Assembly (NCBI GenBank): GCA_963766735.1
Contig: CAVYBU010000003.1
Coordinates: 32,001-96,000 of the forward strand
DNA from: an uncultured Chloroflexia bacterium
Lineage (GTDB): Bacteria; Chloroflexota; Limnocylindria; Limnocylindrales; CSP1-4
DNA: 64,000 nucleotides
Reading direction: 5' to 3'
Part shown: one piece after another, positions 58,062-64,000 of the stretch
Layout of the letters: each line of letters opens with the position of its first letter
Position numbering within the stretch: position 1 is the first letter of the stretch
Translations under genes and position numbers: made by a program
The notes under the pieces: generated by a model
What the model was told of the DNA's origin: nothing
Databases searched by the model: none
What the model saw: only the letters and a program-made list of their open reading frames with translations

Positions 58062-59063
58062 ATGAGCGAATACCAGGAGTTCACCGGCAAGTCGGTCGAG
58101 GAGGCGATCAAGCTCGCCTGCGACGAGTTCTCAGTGGGACTGGGCGACCTCGACTTCGAGATCCTCACGCCCGGCAGCCGCGGCGTGCTGGGTATGGGCG
58201 CCGAGCCCGCCCGGATCGTCGCTGCGCCGCGCAGCGCACTCGGCGGGGCTGCGCCCAAGCGGGAGGCGGCCCAGTCCAAGCCGCTTCCGGCGCCACCCCC
58301 CAGCGAGGATCGCGGCGGCGCCGAGGGCGGCCCGCGGCCGCCCGATCGTGACCGCGGCCCCCGGCGCGACGACCGCGGCCCCCGGCGCGACGATCGCCCG
58401 GCCGGCGGCAGGCCCCCGCGCCGCGACGACCGTGGACCCCGCCGCGACGACCGGCCCCCGCGCCGCGACGATCGCCCGGCCGACGTTCCCGCTCGCGGCC
58501 CCTCGGAGCTGACCGCTGCCGAGGCCGCGCAGGTCGCTTCGGCTCGCGGCTCGCTCGCGATGGAGCGGGCGGAGCTTGAGGCCGCAGAGGCCACGCCCGA
58601 GGCTCTCGCAGCCGGTCGCGAGATCCTCGAGACGCTCATGGGCCACCTCGGCTTCGAGGGCGTCACGGTGGAGATCCGCGAGGGCGAGACCAGCCGACTC
58701 AACGTCGTCGGCGACGGCGCCGACCGTGAGGCCCTGGGCTCCCTCATCGGCCGCAAGGGGGAGCGCCTGTCGGCACTCCAGCACCTCGTGAACCTGATGC
58801 TTTCCCGTCGCACGGGCCAGTGGACCCGCGTGCTCGTGGATGTCGAGGACTACCGCGGCCGCCGTGAGCGGCAGCTGGCGGATCTCGCGGAGCGCGCCGC
58901 CCAGCGTGTGGTCGAGACCGGCAAGATGCTCCAGCTGGACCCCATGCCCGCCCTCGAGCGGCGCTGGATCCACCTCGCCCTGCGCGACAACGCGGACGTG
59001 TCCACCCAGTCGATCGGCGAGGAGCCGAACCGTCGCGTGGTGGTCCTCCCGCGCAACGTCTAG
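58062..59063 (+). CDS. jag: Jag/KhpB RNA-binding protein (Jag_N, KH, R3H)
   Basis: TGKSVEEAI, LIGRKGERLSALQHL, PMPALERRWIH, SIGEEPNRRVV. Confidence 0.92.
   Translation: MSEYQEFTGKSVEEAIKLACDEFSVGLGDLDFEILTPGSRGVLGMGAEPARIVAAPRSALGGAAPKREAAQSKPLPAPPPSEDRGGAEGGPRPPDRDRGPRRDDRGPRRDDRPAGGRPPRRDDRGPRRDDRPPRRDDRPADVPARGPSELTAAEAAQVASARGSLAMERAELEAAEATPEALAAGREILETLMGHLGFEGVTVEIREGETSRLNVVGDGADREALGSLIGRKGERLSALQHLVNLMLSRRTGQWTRVLVDVEDYRGRRERQLADLAERAAQRVVETGKMLQLDPMPALERRWIHLALRDNADVSTQSIGEEPNRRVVVLPRNV
58350..58480 (+). repeat. Coding tandem repeats (RRDDRxP) in the jag linker
   Basis: Exact 21-nt duplication GACCGCGGCCCCCGGCGCGAC at 58350 and 58371, followed by degenerate copies. Confidence 0.8.
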
Positions 59064-59190
59064 CTGCCACTGGGCGTCACAACGGGGTCGGCCGGAACCA
59101 GGGGGTCAACGCGCGTGCGTTGATTCGCGACGATAATCCCCCGAGCCGACCACCCGTCCCGGTGACGACCCGCCGCATTCGAGAGTATCG

Positions 59191-61077
59191 ATGACCACAG
59201 AACCCACCCCTGCATCCCCCGGCCACGGCCGCTCCACTCGCCTCCGCTTCGCCGTCGCCTTCGTCCTGGGCGTGGCGCTCGTGGTCGGCGCCGGTGGTGG
59301 CGCCCTGTACGCCTATGGCCAGCAGTTCACCGGCAGGATCCTTCCCGGCGTCCATGTCGGCGACACGGATCTCTCCGGCCTCTCGCCGGAGGCGACGGTC
59401 GCGACCCTCGAGGCCGCCTACGGCTCGCTCGCGACGGGGCAGGTGCTGCTCGCCGGCCCGGACGGGGACCTCACGATCGGCTATGCCGAGCTGGGGCGGC
59501 GTCCCGATACCACCGCAATGGTGGAGGCCGCCCTCGCCGCGGGGCGCCGCGGGGAACCCGTCGCAGACCTGATCGGCGCACCGCAGACCGCCATCCGGGG
59601 CGTGACGCTCGAGCCCTCCGTCACCCACGATCCGGCGCGCCTCACCGAGGCGGTGGACGCCGTCGCGAAGGCCATCAACCGGACCCCGGTGAATGCGACC
59701 GTCGCCGTGGAGGATGACGGGACCTACACGACCACCCCGTCCGTGGAGGGCCGGGTCGTGGACCGCGCCGCCCTGACTGCCGCCATCGTCGCGGCGATCA
59801 GCACCCTCGGAGCCCCGGCTGCGCTCCGCCTCGAGGTGCCGCTCACGACCGGCGCACCCACCATCGAGACCGCTGAGGTGGAGGCTGCCACGGCCGCCGC
59901 CGACCGGATGGCCACCGATCTCGTGCTGACCCGCGGCGAGGAAGCCTGGACCATCCCGGCCGCCAGCATCCGCAAGCTCATCTCATTCGCCCCCACCTCC
60001 GACGGCGGCGTCGTCCCGGTGCTGGACGAGACCGGCATCGACCCTCTTCTCAAGCCCGTTGCCAAGACGGTCAACCAGAGCGCCAAGAGCGCCGGGTTGA
60101 AGGTCAGCGGCGACAAGATCGTCGCCGTCGGGTCGAGCCGGGAGGGCCGCAAGCTGGACACGGCGGCCACACGAGCGGTGGTCGTTGACGCGCTGGCGGC
60201 GCGTCAGGACGGTACGGAGGTGCCGGTGCTGGAGCCCGTCGTGGCAACCACGCAGCCCGGCTTGACCACCGCGGAGGCGAAGGCCGCTGCGCCGAAGATG
60301 AAGGTGGTCGGCCAGCACACGACCTGGTTCCAGATCTACGTCAACAATGGTTTCGGGGCCAACATCTGGATCCCGGCCAAGCTGATCAACGGGTACGTCG
60401 TCGAACCGGGCGAGACGTTCGACTTCTGGAAGGCCGTGGGCGACGTCACCCGGGCGCAGGGATTCAAGCAGGGCGGCGCGATCATCAACGGCAAGACGGA
60501 GCCCCAGGGCGCGCTCGCCGGCGGCATCTGCTCCTGCTCGACGACCCTGTTCAACGCGGCCCTCAAGGCCGGCATGAAGATGGGCGCTCGGCGAAACCAC
60601 TATTACTACATCGACCGCTACCCGACCGGCCTCGATGCCACCGTGTTCAAGTCCGACGGCGGCTCGACGCAGACGATGAGCTTCACGAACGACACGAAGC
60701 ACCCCGTCCTGATCCGCGGCATCAACACCCGCAGTGGCAGCAAGGGCTACGTCACCTTCAAGCTGTACAGCGTGCCGACCGGGCGCAGGGTCGTCATCTC
60801 CAAGCCCACCATCAAGAACCGGACCACCGCGACGGACACCCGCCAGCTCACGAGCAGCCTGCCGAGGGGGACCACCAAGCGCGTGGAGTACCCGGTCAAC
60901 GGCATGGACGTGTGGCGCACGGTCACGGTCTACGAGGGCGGCAACGTCCTGCGCAAGAAGACCTACTACTCGCACTACGCGACCATCACCGGGATCCTCC
61001 AGGTCGGTACGGCCGGCCCGGCTCCCAAGCCGGCCCCTGCCCCGACACCGACACCGACACCGACACCGGCCCCCTGA
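59191..61077 (+). CDS. VanW-family protein with N-terminal TM and probable peptidoglycan-binding repeats
   Basis: GRILPGVHVG.TDLSGL, INGYVVEPGETFDFW, GGICSCSTTLFNAAL, RRNHYY..YPTGLDATV; C-terminal (PT)n. Confidence 0.88.
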   Translation: MTTEPTPASPGHGRSTRLRFAVAFVLGVALVVGAGGGALYAYGQQFTGRILPGVHVGDTDLSGLSPEATVATLEAAYGSLATGQVLLAGPDGDLTIGYAELGRRPDTTAMVEAALAAGRRGEPVADLIGAPQTAIRGVTLEPSVTHDPARLTEAVDAVAKAINRTPVNATVAVEDDGTYTTTPSVEGRVVDRAALTAAIVAAISTLGAPAALRLEVPLTTGAPTIETAEVEAATAAADRMATDLVLTRGEEAWTIPAASIRKLISFAPTSDGGVVPVLDETGIDPLLKPVAKTVNQSAKSAGLKVSGDKIVAVGSSREGRKLDTAATRAVVVDALAARQDGTEVPVLEPVVATTQPGLTTAEAKAAAPKMKVVGQHTTWFQIYVNNGFGANIWIPAKLINGYVVEPGETFDFWKAVGDVTRAQGFKQGGAIINGKTEPQGALAGGICSCSTTLFNAALKAGMKMGARRNHYYYIDRYPTGLDATVFKSDGGSTQTMSFTNDTKHPVLIRGINTRSGSKGYVTFKLYSVPTGRRVVISKPTIKNRTTATDTRQLTSSLPRGTTKRVEYPVNGMDVWRTVTVYEGGNVLRKKTYYSHYATITGILQVGTAGPAPKPAPAPTPTPTPTPAP

Positions 61078-61703
61078 ACGCAGACCTCTTCGTCCGCGGT
61101 CTCGCGGTCGGCTTTGCCGTCGCGTTCGCACTCGGTCCGATCGGCCTGCTGGTCATCCGCCGGACCATCGATCGGGGCTGGGGGTACGGGTTCGTCTCGG
61201 GGCTCGGGGTCGCGACTGCCGACGCCGCGTACGGGGCGATCGCCGCGTTCGGGCTCACCGCGCTCACGGAGGCCCTGGTCGGGATCGACCGTGCGCTGGG
61301 GATCGTGGGCGGCGCGATCCTGGTCCTGATGGCCGTGCGCGCGCTCGGCTCGGCGTTGGGCAACCCGGCCGCTGAGGCGCAGCAGGACACCCACCGCCCC
61401 GGCGGCCCGGCGAGGGCCTTCGCGACGATGGTGGCCCTCACGCTCACCAACCCCGCGACGATCCTCTCGTTCGCGGCGCTGTTCGCGAGCATCGGGGCAG
61501 GCACGGGCGGCCCCACGGGGGCGCTCCTGGTCGTTGCCGGGGTCTTCATCGGGTCCGTGACCTGGTGGGCGATCCTCACGGGCGCTGTCGCCGGGCTGCG
61601 CGCCCGCCTCACGCCGGCCGTCGTCCGTGCGCTGAACGTGGGATCGGCGGTGATCATCGGGGCGTTCGGCGTTGCGGCCATGGCGTTCGGGATCGCCGGG
61701 TAG
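61074..61703 (+). CDS. LysE-family translocator (probable CTG start)
   Basis: LFVRGLAVGF..GPIGLLVIRRT..GF.SGLG.ATAD, LTLTNPATILSF; CTG overlaps the VanW stop. Confidence 0.82.
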   Translation: MNADLFVRGLAVGFAVAFALGPIGLLVIRRTIDRGWGYGFVSGLGVATADAAYGAIAAFGLTALTEALVGIDRALGIVGGAILVLMAVRALGSALGNPAAEAQQDTHRPGGPARAFATMVALTLTNPATILSFAALFASIGAGTGGPTGALLVVAGVFIGSVTWWAILTGAVAGLRARLTPAVVRALNVGSAVIIGAFGVAAMAFGIAG

Positions 61704-61741
61704 GGGACCCGCGCCGGCCCGGTCTCCCCTACGATCGGGAG

Positions 61742-62479
61742 GTGACGAAGCCGCACCTCCCCGATGCCGTCCTGTTCGACTGGGACGGCACGCTCGTCGA
61801 CACGATGTCGATGATCTATCGCGCCAACGTCGTGGCCCTTCGCGCCTACGGCATCGAGATGAGCCGCAGCTGGTTCCGGGAGCGCTACACGCCGGATTGG
61901 CGCCGCTCCTACCAGGAGCTCGGGATCCCGGAGCACCTGTGGGACGAGATGGCGGCCCGCTGGGCGGTCGAGATGGCCGGCATGCGGCCGCGAGCCATGC
62001 CCTGGGCACGAGGGGCGCTCCGGAGGCTCCGGTCGCACGGGATCCGGGTGGGCCTGGTGACCGCGTCCACGCGTGGCGTCGTGGAGCCGAGCATCGCTCG
62101 ACTGAACCTGGACGGGGTGTTCGAGGTGGCCCTCTACTCGGACGACGTCGCCCTGTCCAAGCCTCACCCTGAGGCGCTGCTCAGGGCCCTCGACGAGCTC
62201 GGGGTCGGACCCGCGGCCACGGTGTACGTGGGGGACACGCCGGTCGACCTGGAGATGACGCGTGCGGCTGGTGCGTCATTCGTGGCGGTCGGCACGACCA
62301 CGCCGGAGGAGGTCTTCCGGGCCGCGGGCGTGGACCACGTGTGGGGCGGCGTCGGCGAATGGACGGACGACCTCCTGGGCCCTGGCAATTCGAGCCGGGC
62401 GAAGGGCCGCCGCGACCCGGCACCCAGTCCGAGCGGCACGGTCGTGGACGCCGAGGCCGGGGATAGCATCGTGCGATGA
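61742..62479 (+). CDS. HAD-superfamily hydrolase
   Basis: LFDWDGTLVDT, LVT, KPHPE, YVGDTPVD. Confidence 0.9.
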   Translation: MTKPHLPDAVLFDWDGTLVDTMSMIYRANVVALRAYGIEMSRSWFRERYTPDWRRSYQELGIPEHLWDEMAARWAVEMAGMRPRAMPWARGALRRLRSHGIRVGLVTASTRGVVEPSIARLNLDGVFEVALYSDDVALSKPHPEALLRALDELGVGPAATVYVGDTPVDLEMTRAAGASFVAVGTTTPEEVFRAAGVDHVWGGVGEWTDDLLGPGNSSRAKGRRDPAPSPSGTVVDAEAGDSIVR

Positions 62480-64000
62480 CCCGGTTGCTCTCCGCTCTCG
62501 GCTCGCTGGCCGAGCGCGTCATGCTGCCCCTCACCCTCGGTGGGCTCATCCTCGGGCTGGTTGCGACGGCTGCCGGCCAGGACTCGCTGGCCTGGTGGGC
62601 ATGGACGGTTCCGGCAGCCATCGTCGGTGTCTGGCTGGTCGCGTCGATCATCGCGGACCTGCTCCGGCACGAGGCGGGCGTGGACGTCATCGCCGTCCTG
62701 GCGATCGGGGGTGCCCTGCTGCTCGGGGAGTCCCTGGCGGCCGCGGTCATCGCGGTGATGCTCGCGACCGGGGACTGGCTGGAGCGATACGCCGCCGGCC
62801 GGGCGCATCGCGAGCTCTCGGCGCTGATCTCCCGCGCCCCGCGCATCGTCCACCGCCACGAGGGAGGGTCCATCGTGGACCACCCGATCGCGGCGGTCGA
62901 GGTTGGCGACCGGATCCTGGTCAAGCCGGGCGAGGTGGTCCCGGTGGACGGCAACGTGACGGGCAGCCCGGCCGTGCTGGACGAGGCCGCGCTGACCGGC
63001 GAGGCGCGCCTGGTCACGCGCGAGGCCGGCGACCCGGTCAGCTCCGGCACAGTCAACGCCGGCGCCCCGTTCGACCTCCATGCAACTGCGACCGCGGAGC
63101 ACAGCACCTACGCCGGAATCGTCCGCCTGGTCGAGGAGGCGCAAGCATCGAAGGCTCCGTTCGTCCGGCTGGCAGACCGGTACGCCCTGCTGTTCGTCCC
63201 GCTTGCCCTCGGCATGGCGGGACTGGCCTGGCTCCTCTCCGGCGATCCCGTTCGAGCGCTGGCGGTCCTCGTGGTCGCGACGCCGTGCCCCCTGTTGCTC
63301 GCAGTGCCGATCGCGATCGTGGCCGGGATCAGCAGGGCGGCCCGCCGGGGGATCATCGTCAAGGGCGGTGGGGCGCTGGAGTCGCTCGCCCGGGCACGCG
63401 TCCTGCTGTTTGACAAGACCGGGACGCTGACGGCCGGCCGTCCTCACCTGACGGACGTGGTCACCGAGCCCGGCTGGACCCCGGACGAGGTGGTGGCCCT
63501 GGCCGCTTCCCTGGAACAGGTGTCGCCGCACGTGCTGGCCGCCTCGATCGTCGGGGGCGCCCGCGAGCGCGGCGTCGCCCTCGCCCTGCCCGAGGACGTC
63601 GTCGAGACACCCGGGTTCGGTGTCTCGGGTTGTGTCGGCGGCCGTGTGGTGATCGCCGGCACGTCCGACTTTGCCAGCGGGGGGGCCGGGCTGCCCGGCT
63701 GGGCGCGTGACATCCGGCGGCGCGTGAGCCTCGAGGGCGCCACCAGCGTGTTCGTGAGCGTGGACGGTGTGCTGGTGGGAGCACTCGTGCTCGAGGATCC
63801 GATCCGCCCCGAGTCGCCGAGGGTCATTCGCTCGCTCCGGCGCGCCGGTGTCCGGCGCACGGTCATGGTGACCGGGGATCACTACGGCGTCGCCGACATG
63901 GTCGCCGCGGCGATCGGCGTGGACGCCGTGCTGGCGGAGCGCACGCCGGCCGACAAGGTGGACGCGGTCGCCGATGAGCGCGCGGACGCCGACGGCATCC
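62476..64000 (+). CDS. Heavy-metal P1B-type ATPase (TPCP type), 5' part, runs off the window
   Basis: Manual frame from ATG 62476: GVDVIA, GEVVPVDG, LTGE, VVATPCPLLLAVP, FDKTGTLT, SPH, MVTGD. Confidence 0.92.
   Translation, partial: MTRLLSALGSLAERVMLPLTLGGLILGLVATAAGQDSLAWWAWTVPAAIVGVWLVASIIADLLRHEAGVDVIAVLAIGGALLLGESLAAAVIAVMLATGDWLERYAAGRAHRELSALISRAPRIVHRHEGGSIVDHPIAAVEVGDRILVKPGEVVPVDGNVTGSPAVLDEAALTGEARLVTREAGDPVSSGTVNAGAPFDLHATATAEHSTYAGIVRLVEEAQASKAPFVRLADRYALLFVPLALGMAGLAWLLSGDPVRALAVLVVATPCPLLLAVPIAIVAGISRAARRGIIVKGGGALESLARARVLLFDKTGTLTAGRPHLTDVVTEPGWTPDEVVALAASLEQVSPHVLAASIVGGARERGVALALPEDVVETPGFGVSGCVGGRVVIAGTSDFASGGAGLPGWARDIRRRVSLEGATSVFVSVDGVLVGALVLEDPIRPESPRVIRSLRRAGVRRTVMVTGDHYGVADMVAAAIGVDAVLAERTPADKVDAVADERADADGI

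Noticed and set aside
58350-61070. Tandem repeats as a possible CRISPR array or mobile-element ends
   Set aside because: They are in-frame coding repeats without unique spacers; no cas, transposase or integrase genes were seen in the window

Overview
High-GC bacterial chromosome segment spanning the probable replication origin. Gene content and order suggest Chloroflexota or a similar monoderm lineage; this is inference. In order, the window holds: the 3' end of lon, a class B dnaJ, clpB, purH, glpX, folK and a MidA/NDUFAF7-type methyltransferase; a 15-kb complex I (nuo) operon; a TlpA/sortase-like pair and an MFS transporter; an ArsR-led phosphatidylinositol(-mannoside)-type lipid operon; a cluster of GT-C/GT2 glycosyltransferases; dciA-recF-dnaN-oriC-dnaA divergent from rpmH-rnpA-yidD-yidC-jag; then VanW, LysE, HAD and the 5' part of a P1B ATPase. 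The most striking element is the complex I operon, where nuoI appears split in two by an inserted electron-input module. The NuoI N-half is fused to a NuoE remnant with no cluster cysteines, and a degenerate NuoF/HydB-like gene follows. Next is an 885-aa NuoG-N/GltD-like flavoprotein with an NADP(H)-type motif that ends in the NuoI C-half, suggesting an NADPH-fed proton-pumping complex. Also notable: a PHP phosphoesterase placed as a candidate phosphatidylinositol-phosphate phosphatase, a ~1,785-aa double GT-C protein, a sortase with Ser in place of the catalytic Cys, and CTG starts coupled to upstream stops (CTGA). No rRNA, tRNA, CRISPR array or mobile element was recognised. Two single-base frameshifts are probably sequencing errors. 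All calls come from reading motifs by eye; no database searches were run.
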